DNA of 64,000 nucleotides, from assembly GCA_958296175.1 (NCBI GenBank), contig OY282448.1, positions 2,230,127-2,294,126 on the forward strand. The letters run 5' to 3'. A program made the translations under genes and the position numbers. The DNA is from an uncultured Chloroflexota bacterium. Lineage in GTDB: Bacteria > Chloroflexota > UBA11872. This document shows positions 54,812-64,000 of the stretch, piece after piece. The number at the start of each line of letters is the position of its first letter. Within the stretch, counting starts at the first letter, position 1. Under the pieces are notes generated by a model, which saw only the letters and a program-made list of their open reading frames with translations, was not told the DNA's origin and ran no database searches.

Positions 54812-55843
54812 ATGCGATCGGTTATCTGCGTGCACGAGCGGTTCGACGCCGAATGGCCGTTTGCGGCCGACTACTGGCGCGATTGCTGGCAGCGGCGCGG
54901 GGGCTGCGAGCTGTACCGCACCGACGACCCCGACGCGCGCGCCCCGCGGCTCGTTCCCGACCCGGCGTCCGTCACCCGCCTGGCGCTGCTGGGTTTTCAC
55001 GCCGCCGCGCAGGACCTGGAGCCGTTCACGGCGCTGGAGGAGTGCTTCCATCCGTCCTACGGGCTGAAATGGAACGACCCGCGCCTGTCGATGGCGGGAA
55101 TCGAGGCCGCGAAGGCGCGCGGCGTGCGGTTCGTTCCTCACCGGCTCGACGTCTACTGGGGGCAGTCGGTGGCGGAGTTCGCCTTGGGCCTCACCATCGC
55201 TGCGCTGCGCCGCATTCCGCAGACCTCAGCCGCCATGACGCAGAGTCACGATCCCTGGCGCTACCAGCCGGCGGTGGGACGGCCCGGACGCCGAGGCGCG
55301 CAGTTCGGCGACGACCCGAATTTTGTCAACGGCACGGTGGCGGGCAAGCGCGTGCGCGTGGTCGGCGCGGGGAACATTGGGGCGCGCTATGCCTCCTGGT
55401 GCGCGGCGCTCGGAGCGCAGGTCGCGGTCTGGGACCCGTTCGCGCCCGACGCAACCTTCACGGCTGCCCGCGTCAGCCGCTGTTTCCACCTGTCCGAACT
55501 CGTGCGGGACGCGCAGATATTCACGGCCATGCTGCCGCTCACCGATTCCACGCGCGGCTTGGTTACGGCCGACCTCATCGAGGCGCTGCCGCGCGGGGCG
55601 CTGGTGGTGCAAGCCACGCGCGCGGCCATTTGCGACACCCAGGCGCTGTACCGGCGTGTGCTGAACGACGAACTGGCGCTGGCGGCCGACGTGTTCGACG
55701 TGGAGCCGCTGCCGCTGGATTCCCCGCTCCTGGGCCGTCACAACGTGGTGCACACGCCGCACAACGCCGGGCGCACGCTGGACGCCAACCGCGCCTGGGT
55801 GGACGACCAGATTGCGCGGTTCCGTCCGCGCGGACAGGAGTGA
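54812..55843 (+). CDS. D-isomer-specific 2-hydroxyacid dehydrogenase family, NAD-binding
   Basis: NAD motif VRVVGAGNIGARYA. Catalytic His context VVHTPHNAG. Confidence 0.75.
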   Translation: MRSVICVHERFDAEWPFAADYWRDCWQRRGGCELYRTDDPDARAPRLVPDPASVTRLALLGFHAAAQDLEPFTALEECFHPSYGLKWNDPRLSMAGIEAAKARGVRFVPHRLDVYWGQSVAEFALGLTIAALRRIPQTSAAMTQSHDPWRYQPAVGRPGRRGAQFGDDPNFVNGTVAGKRVRVVGAGNIGARYASWCAALGAQVAVWDPFAPDATFTAARVSRCFHLSELVRDAQIFTAMLPLTDSTRGLVTADLIEALPRGALVVQATRAAICDTQALYRRVLNDELALAADVFDVEPLPLDSPLLGRHNVVHTPHNAGRTLDANRAWVDDQIARFRPRGQE

Positions 55844-55984
55844 CGGGCCGCGGCGGGTCGTGTCCCGGCTGGGGAACGCGCACGCGGCCGCGGCCGGCCG
55901 TGTAGTCCAGCAATCGTTACCATGCAGCAAATGTCCTTGTGCCACGCTGCAATCCATCAGGCCGTGCGAACTACCGGGGGCGCG

Positions 55985-58063
55985 ATGATCCACGCGCGAC
56001 GCGCGACGACGAGGGTGGCGTCCGTGCGGCGCATAGCCGCGCGGCCTTGGCCGTTCGCCGGTCTCGTGCTTGCGGCGGCGGCGCTGGCCGCCGTCTGGCT
56101 CACGCCCGCCGCGGCGCAGACGCCGGTCATTGCGCCCGTGGGCGGCGCGCTGTCCGGCCGCGTCATCCAGGTCGTCGCCTCGCCGCTGTACGTCTTCGAC
56201 CGCAACGTCTGGCTGCTGGCCGACGGGGCCGGGGTGTACCGCAGCACGGACGGCGGGCGCGCCTATGCGGCCTCGAACAGCGGCCTGGACGATCTGAACG
56301 TGCGCGCGCTGGCCGCCGCGCCGCATGACTCGTCCGCCGGCGTCCTGCTGGTCGGCACGGACAGCGGCGTGTTCCGATCCACCGATTACGGCGCGACCTG
56401 GGCAGCGGCCAGCGGCCTGCCGCCCGGCGCCGTGCACGGCGTCGTGTTTTCGCCGCGGCCCGACACGACGCCTACCGCCTACGCCCTCGTGCGCGGGCAA
56501 GGGCTGTTCGCATCGGGCGACCACGGGCAGACCTGGACTCGCTACGCCGCCGCCGGGTTGCTCGACAAGCGCTTTCTGGGCATTGCCGCCGCAAAGCACG
56601 TCGACAACCAGGTCGCGCTGATCGCGTGGACGCCGGCGCACGTCTACGTCAGCCACACTTGGGGGTCGATCTTTCGCGACGCGCTGCGGGAGTCGCGCGG
56701 CGAGACCTTCCCAACCGAGGGTGAGGTCACCTGGGCCGGGTTCTTGCCGACCGACGGTACCAACCGCAACCTGCTGGTCGGAACCCGCGCCCACGGCTTG
56801 TATGGGTCCGATTCCCACGGGCGCTGGTGGACGCGCACGCTCGACGGTGTGGGGGTCGTGCGTGGCTTGGCCTATTCGCCCGCTTACGGAACCGACCGGA
56901 CCGTCTTTGCCGCCACCTCCAGCGGCGGCGTGATGCGCAGCACCGACGAGGGACGCACCTGGGCAGGAGTGAACGTGGGTCTCGGCTTCACGGACGTTGC
57001 CGGGGTATCGCTGAGCAACGGCTTCAACGACGACGGCGCCGTGGTGGCCGTTGGCGCTGAGGGCCGCGCCGCCGCGTCGTCCACGCGCGGGAACGACTGG
57101 TGGACGCCGGACTGGCAGATGACGGCCGCGCGGGTGCTTGGCGTCGGCCTGTCGGGCCGCTTTGCCGCCGACGCCACGCTGGCCGCCGTCTCGCAGCAAG
57201 GGTTTCACGTCAGCTCGGACGCCGGCGCGTCGTGGGAACGGCGCAACGCCCAACTGCCCTCGCTGGACGTCAGCGCGTTCGCCTTGTCGCCGCGCTACGC
57301 CGACGACGGCATTGCCATCGTGGGGATTCGCGGGCGCGGCGTCTTCCGCACGCCGTCCGCAGGCGCTTACTGGCGCGAGCAAAACGACGGCTTGCCCGCA
57401 ACGCTCACGGCAAACCCGCGCGTGTTTGCATATTCGCCGCGGCTGGAGGTCGACAACACGGTGTTCGTGGGCGGTCCGGGCGGCGTGTTCCGCTCGCGCA
57501 CCGGCGGCAGTTCCTGGGAACCGTCGCAGCTACGCATCGCGCCGTGGGACGAGGTGACCGCGCTGGCCGTGGCGGACACCGGAGGGGCAGCGTCGACCAT
57601 CTTCGCCGGCACGCGTGTGGGCGCCGTCTACCGCTCGACGGACCAGGGCGACCGCTGGACGCGGCTGTTTGCCGCGCCGTCGGGCCAGGTGCGCGCCCTC
57701 GCGGTATCCCCGGACTACGCAACCGACACGACCGTGGTCATCGCCTCGGCCAGCGGCCTGTTCGTCTCCAGCGACGGCGGGGCGTCCTGGTCGCCGGCGG
57801 GCGGTGTGACCGACGCAACGGCGGCGGCATTCTCCCCGGCCTACGCGGACGACGGCGTGATTGCGGCGGCGAGCGCCGGCCCGCAGCCGCGGGTCTACCT
57901 GAGCCGCGACCGCGGCGCCGCGTGGTCGCCGCTTGGCGACCCGCTGCCGGCCGCGGCCGTGACGACCCTGGTCCCCGCACCAGAGTTCGACGGCGCAGGT
58001 TGGATCTTCGTCGGCACGCAGAACGCCGGGGTGTTCCGCGCGGTCGTTGGCCCCGCGGCTTAG
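55985..58063 (+). CDS. Secreted BNR/Asp-box repeat beta-propeller protein (Ycf48-like / sialidase-repeat family)
   Basis: Signal peptide, then multiple S-x-D-x-G-x-T-W repeats (STDGGRAY, STDYGATW, SGDHGQTW, STDEGRTW, SSDAGASW, SRTGGSSW, STDQGDRW, SSDGGASW). Confidence 0.55.
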   Translation: MIHARRATTRVASVRRIAARPWPFAGLVLAAAALAAVWLTPAAAQTPVIAPVGGALSGRVIQVVASPLYVFDRNVWLLADGAGVYRSTDGGRAYAASNSGLDDLNVRALAAAPHDSSAGVLLVGTDSGVFRSTDYGATWAAASGLPPGAVHGVVFSPRPDTTPTAYALVRGQGLFASGDHGQTWTRYAAAGLLDKRFLGIAAAKHVDNQVALIAWTPAHVYVSHTWGSIFRDALRESRGETFPTEGEVTWAGFLPTDGTNRNLLVGTRAHGLYGSDSHGRWWTRTLDGVGVVRGLAYSPAYGTDRTVFAATSSGGVMRSTDEGRTWAGVNVGLGFTDVAGVSLSNGFNDDGAVVAVGAEGRAAASSTRGNDWWTPDWQMTAARVLGVGLSGRFAADATLAAVSQQGFHVSSDAGASWERRNAQLPSLDVSAFALSPRYADDGIAIVGIRGRGVFRTPSAGAYWREQNDGLPATLTANPRVFAYSPRLEVDNTVFVGGPGGVFRSRTGGSSWEPSQLRIAPWDEVTALAVADTGGAASTIFAGTRVGAVYRSTDQGDRWTRLFAAPSGQVRALAVSPDYATDTTVVIASASGLFVSSDGGASWSPAGGVTDATAAAFSPAYADDGVIAAASAGPQPRVYLSRDRGAAWSPLGDPLPAAAVTTLVPAPEFDGAGWIFVGTQNAGVFRAVVGPAA

Positions 58064-58171
58064 TCGTTCTCCCTGCGGCTGCACGCGGCCGCCGCCCTGC
58101 GGCTGCGCTGTCTGGCGCAACGCGCGCCCGTCGGCGATGATGCCGCCGGGCGACGCCGCGGAGGATTGTGA

Positions 58172-59566
58172 ATGGCCCAGCCGAACATCGTGCTGATCGT
58201 GGCCGACGACATGGGCTACGGCGATTTTGGCCTGTTCAACGATGGGCCGGCGCGCACGCCCACGCTGGACGGCCTGGCCGCGGAGAGCGTCTGCCTGACC
58301 CAGCACTACTCCGGCTCCTGCGTCTGCGCGCCGGCGCGCGCGGCGCTGCTGACGGGCCGCTACCCGCACCGCACCGGTGCCATCGACACGCTGGAGGGCC
58401 TGGGACTCGACCGCCTGGCGCTGCGGGAAGTCACCCTGGCCGACCGCTGCAAAGCCGCCGGCTACGCCACCGGCATGGTGGGCAAGTGGCACCTGGGCGC
58501 GTTGGACCCCAGATACCACCCCAACGCGCGCGGGTTCGACGAGTTCGTGGGCTTCCGCGGCGGGTGGGCCGACTACTACCGCTGGCGCATCGACCGCAAC
58601 GGCGCCGTCGAGCATTCGGATGGGCGCTATTTGACCGACGTATTCGCGGCCGAGGCGGCAGGGTTCATCCAGCGCAACGCCAGCCGTCCGTTCTTTCTGC
58701 ACGCGGCCTTCAACGCGCCGCACACGCCGCTGCAAGCGCCCGACGCTCTGGTGCAGCCTTACCTGGACGCCGGCCTGACGCGCGGCGTTGCGCTGATTTA
58801 CGCCATGAACCAGCGCATGGACGCGGGCGTGGCGCAGATTCTGGACGCGCTGGAGCGCAGCGGGTGCGCCTCGAACACCATCGTCATGTTCACCAGCGAC
58901 AACGGGCCGCACATGGCGCGCGGCTACGACGCGCTGACCGACGAGGACATCGACACGCACCGCTTCAACTGCAACTTCAACGGCCACAAAGGCCGCGTCT
59001 ACGAAGGCGGCATCCGCGTGCCCATGCTGGTCCGCTGGCCGGACGGGCTGCCAGCGGGGCGCCGCAGCGACGCGCTGGTGCATTACGTGGACTGGCTCCC
59101 CACGCTGCTGGCGGCGGCGGAGGCGCCCGTCGGCGATGGGCCGCCGCTGGACGGCGTCAGCGTCCTGGACGTGCTGCGCGGCGAGCTGCCCCAGGAAGCG
59201 CCGCGCCGCCACTGGCAGTGGAACCGCTATTCGCCGCTGGTCGAGTGCAACGCGGCCATCCGCGCCGGCCGCTGGAAGCTGGTGCGCCCGCGCATCGACG
59301 AGGTCATGCACGTCGAACCCGAACACCTCCAGATGGACCGCGACCTGAAGTACCACCCCGAGCGGCAGCAGGCGGCCGTCCTGGGGGCGGAACCCGAACG
59401 CGAGGCGCCGCCCCCGCCGCCGCCCGAACTCTTCGACGTCGAGACCGATCCGGGCGAACAGCACGACCTGGCGGACGCGGAGCCGCTGCGCGCGGCCAGG
59501 CTCCTGCGCGAGCTGGAAACGTGGTTCGAGAGCGTCGAACGCGAGCGGCGGACGATCGCGGACTGA
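58172..59566 (+). CDS. Sulfatase (arylsulfatase A family; formylglycine-dependent)
   Basis: N-terminal LIVADDMGYGD. Formylglycine motif CAPARAALLTGR. KWHLG. Confidence 0.85.
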   Translation: MAQPNIVLIVADDMGYGDFGLFNDGPARTPTLDGLAAESVCLTQHYSGSCVCAPARAALLTGRYPHRTGAIDTLEGLGLDRLALREVTLADRCKAAGYATGMVGKWHLGALDPRYHPNARGFDEFVGFRGGWADYYRWRIDRNGAVEHSDGRYLTDVFAAEAAGFIQRNASRPFFLHAAFNAPHTPLQAPDALVQPYLDAGLTRGVALIYAMNQRMDAGVAQILDALERSGCASNTIVMFTSDNGPHMARGYDALTDEDIDTHRFNCNFNGHKGRVYEGGIRVPMLVRWPDGLPAGRRSDALVHYVDWLPTLLAAAEAPVGDGPPLDGVSVLDVLRGELPQEAPRRHWQWNRYSPLVECNAAIRAGRWKLVRPRIDEVMHVEPEHLQMDRDLKYHPERQQAAVLGAEPEREAPPPPPPELFDVETDPGEQHDLADAEPLRAARLLRELETWFESVERERRTIAD

Positions 59567-59685
59567 GCGTTGGTCGTCCCGCCCCGCGGACGTCGACCCC
59601 GGATGCGCGCGCTCGCGGACATGACGGGGAGCAGAGGAATGACGGCGAGGGACGGAGCGCCGGGCCAAGCGCCTTGCCGGTGCAG

Positions 59686-61188
59686 CTAGGCGCCGCGCCC
59701 CGCCGCCGCGAAGCCGAACCCGAACAACCGCGCGCCGCCGTGAATGCCGAACCGCAATCGGAATCGCCGACCCGCAGGCAGCGCGCGGCCGTCGGGCCAG
59801 ACGACCGGCACGTCCGATCCGTCCGTGGCGATTCGCGCCGCGGGCCATGGGCCGAGCGGCGATCCGTCCGCGGCCAGCGCCTGCACGTCCAGACAGTTGC
59901 GCCCCGGCAGCGCGTTGCCCCAGGACACGCGCAGCTCGACGGGCGCGGTCCACGGCTCGATGGGAATCGTCGTCACCGCGCCGGGCGTCTCGCCGTCCAA
60001 GGTCTCCAGCGCCGCGAACCCGTCCAGCGGCAGCGCGGCCAGCCCGGTTTGCGATGGATATACGCTGCCGGCGCTGTGCGGCCATGCGCCGCGGTTCTCG
60101 GCCGGCCAGTTCGTCCAGCTGGCGGGCTGGCCGGCGTAGAACACCTGAATCTCGTGCGCACGCACCACCACGTCGCTCGAGGTCACCAGGAATCCGCCGT
60201 CCCACGCTCCCGGCCCGCCGCGCCGCACCAGGGGGTGATGCGGCTGCACCCGCCGAAAGACCTCGCCGTCGCGGCTGACCGCCAGGCGCACGTCAGCGGC
60301 GTACACCGAGTCGTGCGGCGTGATCCAGCCGTACTCGTACAGCATCACGTACAACCCCTTGTACGGCAGCACCGAGATGAAGTGAATCTGCGACTCGTGG
60401 CCGTCGTCGGGGTCGATGATCGGGTTGTGCGGCGATCGGGTCCAGGTCCAGGGGTCTGGGCCGTAGGCGAGCCCGCCTTTGCGGATGGCCCAGGAACCGC
60501 GCTGCGCCGACATCTGGCCGTAGGCCTTGTAGCGCCGCGCCGGGTTCGGGTCCTGCGGGTCGTAGAGCAACTGGTGCACGTCGAACCAGACCTGCGGGTC
60601 CGGCAGCCGCCGCCTGGCGCCGTCGGCGGCCGGCGGGCTGACGATGCTCGGCGCGCCCTCGCGCGTGAAGTGCAGCCCGTCAGGGGAGTTCCAGATCTCG
60701 CGGTCCTGACGCTCGTCGAAGAGCAGCAGCTTGTAGCGCCGCGCGGGGTCGGCGTCGCCGAGGTCCTTCAGCGCGGGGCCGTTGGTTTTGCGTCCAGGCA
60801 ACAGCGCCACCAGGTTGTTGCGGCGCGAACCGGCGTACGCGTACGCGCCCACGAGCGGCTTCTCCCAGGTCACGCCGTCCGGGCTGACGGCATATCCCAC
60901 ACGCGGCAGTTGCCGGCCGCTTTCGGCGGCGTCCATGCCCATGTACCAGGCCTTGTAATGCCCGGCCTCCGCGTCCCACATCACCGTGCCTTGCCAGGGG
61001 CAGGCCTGCATCGAATCCCAGGCGACGAGCGGTCCGGTGCGGATGACCGGGTTGGCCGGATGCTTGACGGCGGGCCGCACCACCTGACGCGCGCGGTGCA
61101 GCTGGTCGACTTCCAGCAGGTCGAGGAAAAGCACCGACGCCCCCGGCCGGGCGGCGAGGTCTACGCGCGACGGATACGGCGCTGCCAT
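59686..61188 (-). CDS. Beta-propeller glycoside hydrolase family protein (GH43/GH130-like)
   Basis: 500-aa C-terminal part of ORF 59686..62397, starting MAAPYPSRV. PANPVI and WDS-type propeller blades. Placement is by context between two sulfatases. The family assignment is uncertain. Confidence 0.45.
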   Translation of the reverse strand: MAAPYPSRVDLAARPGASVLFLDLLEVDQLHRARQVVRPAVKHPANPVIRTGPLVAWDSMQACPWQGTVMWDAEAGHYKAWYMGMDAAESGRQLPRVGYAVSPDGVTWEKPLVGAYAYAGSRRNNLVALLPGRKTNGPALKDLGDADPARRYKLLLFDERQDREIWNSPDGLHFTREGAPSIVSPPAADGARRRLPDPQVWFDVHQLLYDPQDPNPARRYKAYGQMSAQRGSWAIRKGGLAYGPDPWTWTRSPHNPIIDPDDGHESQIHFISVLPYKGLYVMLYEYGWITPHDSVYAADVRLAVSRDGEVFRRVQPHHPLVRRGGPGAWDGGFLVTSSDVVVRAHEIQVFYAGQPASWTNWPAENRGAWPHSAGSVYPSQTGLAALPLDGFAALETLDGETPGAVTTIPIEPWTAPVELRVSWGNALPGRNCLDVQALAADGSPLGPWPAARIATDGSDVPVVWPDGRALPAGRRFRLRFGIHGGARLFGFGFAAAGRGA

Positions 61189-61214
61189 CGGTGGCCGCCC
61201 GGCTACACGACCGG

Positions 61215-62696
61215 CTACACGACCGGCAGCGGGGCCGCGTCGCCGGTCTGCGTCTGCCAGGCGCGGATGCGGCCGAGCAGGCCGCGGACGCGGCCGCGCT
61301 GCGCCGGGTCGTCGAAACGGTTCGTCAGCTCGTGCGGGTCGGCGGTGAGGTCGAACAGCTCGGACTGGTCGGAGGCGCTGGCGTTGAGTTTCCAGCCGTC
61401 GCGGCTGAGGATCGAGCGCCAGGGGTCGGCTTCGATGCGCTGCGCCTCGGGCGGCGCGTCGGGCGGCCAGACGCAGGAATTGTGGCTGCCGTTCCATTCC
61501 ACGATCACGTCGTTGTCGGCCAGGTCGGCCGCGCCGCGCAGCACGTCGGCGCGGCTGACGCCCTGCACGTCGGCCGGCGCGTCGACCCCCATCAAGTCGA
61601 GCAGCGTCGGAACCAGATCGACCAGGCTCATCGCGCCGTCGATGCGCCGCCCGCTGTCGGACAGCCAGGGCACGCGCAGCAGCAGCGGCACGCGCATGGC
61701 TTCTTCGTAGAGCGTGCACTTCGCCAGGATGTTGTGGTCGCCCATCATGTCGCCGTGGTCGGAGGTGAAGACCACGATGGTGCGGTCGGCCTGGCCCGAC
61801 GCTTCCACCGCCGCCAGGATGCGGCCCACGGCGCGGTCGACCAGCGTCACCAGACCCCAGTAATTGCGGCGCAGCGTGCGCCAGCCGGCCTCGCCGCGCA
61901 GGTCGTACCCGCGCCAGTCGGTCGATCCGTAATACGCCGCCAGCGTCCGATGCACCAGCGAGGCGTCGGCGTCCGGCGGACGCAGAAAGGCCGGGCCGGT
62001 TTCCAGGTTGGCCGGGTCGTGCAGGTCGTTCAGCGGGCCGTCGAAGGGCATGTGCGGTTCGAGGAAGTTGACATAATGAATCCACGGCGTGTGGGCGTGC
62101 GCCTCGATGAACGCTGCCGACCGCGCCCCCAGAAAGCTCGCCTTCGTGAACGGCTCGGGCATCTCGGCGGCCGTCTGACGCGAAAACGTGCGCAGCGCGC
62201 CGGAATCCGCCGCCGATCTTCCGTGCGCTGCTTTGCCGCCGTCCGGTTCGAAGCCGTTCGCCAGCAGGAAGTGGTGATAGTCGCTCAGGCGGCTGGCGGC
62301 CTCGGTCGCATCGGCATAGTGCGCCCGATAGCCGTCTTCGATCCCCGCGAACTCCGAGAACCCGCGCTGCGGCACCAGCTCGCTGCCCAGATGCCATTTA
62401 CCGTAGTAGGTGCAGGTGTAGTCGTCGGGCGCGCGCTCGGCCAGTGTCAGATGTTCGGGCCGCAATGGGTCGTTGTTCTCGATACAGCCCGTCGTGTGCG
62501 GGTAATAGCCCGTCATGATCGACGAGCGCGACGGCGTGCAGACAGGCTGCGTGCAGTACGCGCGCTCCACCACGAAGCTCTGCGCAGCCAGGCGGTTCAG
62601 GTTCGGCGCCTGGATCGTCGTGTTGCCGTAACACGCCAGGGTGTCGGCGCGCTGCTCGTCGGTGAAAATGAACAGCAGGTTGGGACGCTGCGCCAT
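61215..62696 (-). CDS. Sulfatase (formylglycine-dependent)
   Basis: LLFIFTDEQR. CTPSRSSIMTG formylglycine motif. GKWHLG. 493 aa. Confidence 0.85.
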   Translation of the reverse strand: MAQRPNLLFIFTDEQRADTLACYGNTTIQAPNLNRLAAQSFVVERAYCTQPVCTPSRSSIMTGYYPHTTGCIENNDPLRPEHLTLAERAPDDYTCTYYGKWHLGSELVPQRGFSEFAGIEDGYRAHYADATEAASRLSDYHHFLLANGFEPDGGKAAHGRSAADSGALRTFSRQTAAEMPEPFTKASFLGARSAAFIEAHAHTPWIHYVNFLEPHMPFDGPLNDLHDPANLETGPAFLRPPDADASLVHRTLAAYYGSTDWRGYDLRGEAGWRTLRRNYWGLVTLVDRAVGRILAAVEASGQADRTIVVFTSDHGDMMGDHNILAKCTLYEEAMRVPLLLRVPWLSDSGRRIDGAMSLVDLVPTLLDLMGVDAPADVQGVSRADVLRGAADLADNDVIVEWNGSHNSCVWPPDAPPEAQRIEADPWRSILSRDGWKLNASASDQSELFDLTADPHELTNRFDDPAQRGRVRGLLGRIRAWQTQTGDAAPLPVV

Positions 62697-62815
62697 ACCG
62701 CTCCTCCTTCAGCGTGCGCGCCCGCCCGGCGCGTCATGTCTCCGCCGGCGCAGGCGCGGCCGACGGCCGCGCGCAGCAGCGGGCGGCGGGGCCTGGCGCC
62801 GGGAGCGCCCGCGCG

Positions 62816-63133
62816 TCACGCGCCGCCCGCCGCCGTTGGCTCGGCCTGGGCCTTGGCTTTTTGCTGCGCTTCCCACTGCTGCCGCAGCCGCGCGTGTTCT
62901 TCGTCGGACAGATAGCGCCCGCTTTGCGAGCTCGTGCGCGGGAACGAATAGCCCTCGAAGGCGCTCTCCGAATCGCCGCAGCTCGGCAGCAGCAGCGTAC
63001 CCGCCAGGGCGCCGGCGCCGCCAGCCAGCCGCAGCACCGCCCGCCGGCCGCAGACCAGACGCCAGGGAGCGGGCGCCCAGGCAAAGTCCCTCGCCGGCCG
63101 GCAGGCGCGGCCAGGCAACGCCGCGCCCGCCAA
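62816..63133 (-). CDS. Hypothetical small protein (possible lipoprotein)
   Basis: 105-aa ORF with a possible lipobox LLLPSC. Weak support. Confidence 0.2.
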   Translation of the reverse strand: MAGAALPGRACRPARDFAWAPAPWRLVCGRRAVLRLAGGAGALAGTLLLPSCGDSESAFEGYSFPRTSSQSGRYLSDEEHARLRQQWEAQQKAKAQAEPTAAGGA

Positions 63134-63149
63134 CCGGTGCCGGCCGCCC

Positions 63150-64000
63150 TTAGATCCAGCCGCGATTGCGCATCTCCTCGATCTGCAACGCCTGGTTGGC
63201 CTCGGCGGCGGTCTTGACGTTGGCGATCATTTCCTCCAGCGCCGCCTCGCCCAGCATGTAGCGCTGCTCCAGGGCAATCCAGCTTTGGTACCACTCGACC
63301 CAGTTGGGAATGCGGTATTGCCGGTGCCGGTTTTCCGTGCCGTCGGCGTATTGCTTGAGCAGGTGCATATTGTTGGGCGGGCCGGCCTGCGCCTCGGTGG
63401 TTTCCAGCGCCGGGCGCCACATGGGCAGGTGGCCGCGGTCCACGCCAGCCACACGGTGCTGCACCTCGGTGCCGAAGTACAGGCACACCTCGGCGGTCTC
63501 TTCCACGTTGCCGCGCGCCTCCGCGCCGTTGGTGACGGCGTGGAACTGGCACGACCAGAACGTGCCCGACTTGCCGCTGGCCGGGTTCACCGGCACGGGC
63601 GCCAGCGACCACTCGAAGCGGTCCTTGATCTGCACCAGCGGCCGCGCGGTCTGGCGCACCCGTTCGGTCAGGTAATACGCCTGGAGGCCGGCCGTGAACG
63701 GGGAGCTGAACTCGCCGCGCACCTCAGTGATTTCGGCGACGGGCACGGCCACCTCGTGCTCGAACACTGCGTCGTGAATCCACTGGATGCCGTCGCTGCC
63801 GCCGTTGTCGTACAGCGTGAACTGCGTGTCGTCGTAGCTGCGGAAGAGTTCCTGGTTACCCGACCAGATCAGCGGGTGCCAGGAATACCAGTTCCCCCCG
63901 CCGTCCAAGCCCCAGATGCCGCGTTCGGGGTCGGTGGTCTTCTGCGCGTTCTCCAGCAGGTCGTCCCAGGTCCAGCTGTCGTCGGGATGCCCGGCGCCCA
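63150..64000 (-). CDS. Extracellular solute-binding protein (sugar ABC transporter substrate-binding protein); N-terminus lies beyond the window end
   Basis: The frame stays open to 64000 (...DDSWTWDDLLENAQKTTDPERGIWGLDGGGNWYSW...), typical of family-1 binding proteins. The track ORF 63150..63908 begins at an internal TTG. Confidence 0.6.
   Translation of the reverse strand, partial: GAGHPDDSWTWDDLLENAQKTTDPERGIWGLDGGGNWYSWHPLIWSGNQELFRSYDDTQFTLYDNGGSDGIQWIHDAVFEHEVAVPVAEITEVRGEFSSPFTAGLQAYYLTERVRQTARPLVQIKDRFEWSLAPVPVNPASGKSGTFWSCQFHAVTNGAEARGNVEETAEVCLYFGTEVQHRVAGVDRGHLPMWRPALETTEAQAGPPNNMHLLKQYADGTENRHRQYRIPNWVEWYQSWIALEQRYMLGEAALEEMIANVKTAAEANQALQIEEMRNRGWI

Noticed and set aside
53230-55905. 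891-aa + ORF
   Set aside because: Its upstream part is antisense to the UPF0261 gene. Only the 54812..55843 2-hydroxyacid dehydrogenase frame shows NAD-binding motifs; that is a different ORF.
57530-62915. ORFs 57530..60205 (-, 891 aa), 58168..61710 (+, 1180 aa) and 61191..62915 (+, 574 aa)
   Set aside because: Alternate or antisense frames across the sulfatase/glycosidase cluster. The true frames carry the CxPxR sulfatase motifs.

Overview
This is a ~70% GC bacterial chromosomal window. It is gene-dense, with no CRISPR arrays and no obvious transposases or phage genes. The composition and gene content suggest a Chloroflexota or Actinomycetota-like genome. Many six-frame ORFs are antisense or alternate-frame artefacts of the high GC, so I chose frames by recognisable catalytic motifs. 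The window opens with a 3'-truncated uvrA gene. It holds four tRNA genes: Pro-TGG, Gly-TCC, Thr-TGT and Thr-GGT. Housekeeping and metabolic genes include tag, nth, bcp, transaldolase, acetoacetyl-CoA synthetase with thiolase, a Tm-1-like UPF0261/TIM-barrel pair, and a sulfatase-glycosidase-sulfatase-binding-protein cluster. The most interesting content is a defence-gene-rich stretch at about 14-29 kb. (a) A GmrSD-type DUF262/DUF1524 type IV restriction enzyme sits at 14154-16013 in a lower-GC patch. (b) A four-gene locus at 20455-29265 looks previously undescribed and resembles DISARM or the ATP-dependent CglI/NgoAVII restriction systems. It comprises an MmeI/Eco57I-family N6-adenine methyltransferase whose N-terminal nuclease residues appear lost and whose 3' end is sharply lower in GC, which suggests a swapped target-recognition domain. 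Next come two translationally coupled genes of unknown function, one with a possible nucleotidyltransferase GS...DxD motif. The fourth gene is a 1198-aa fusion of a phospholipase D (PLD) nuclease domain carrying one HKD motif to a complete SNF2 helicase. No drmA/drmB, pglZ or brxC genes are present. Other notable features are two tandem paralogous genes for a polytopic membrane protein of about 800-970 aa, the shorter copy carrying a deletion and frameshift. There is a secreted protein with about 15 plant-type leucine-rich repeats (LRRs), a solute-binding protein with an internally duplicated N-terminal module, and several short direct-repeat clusters in intergenic regions.
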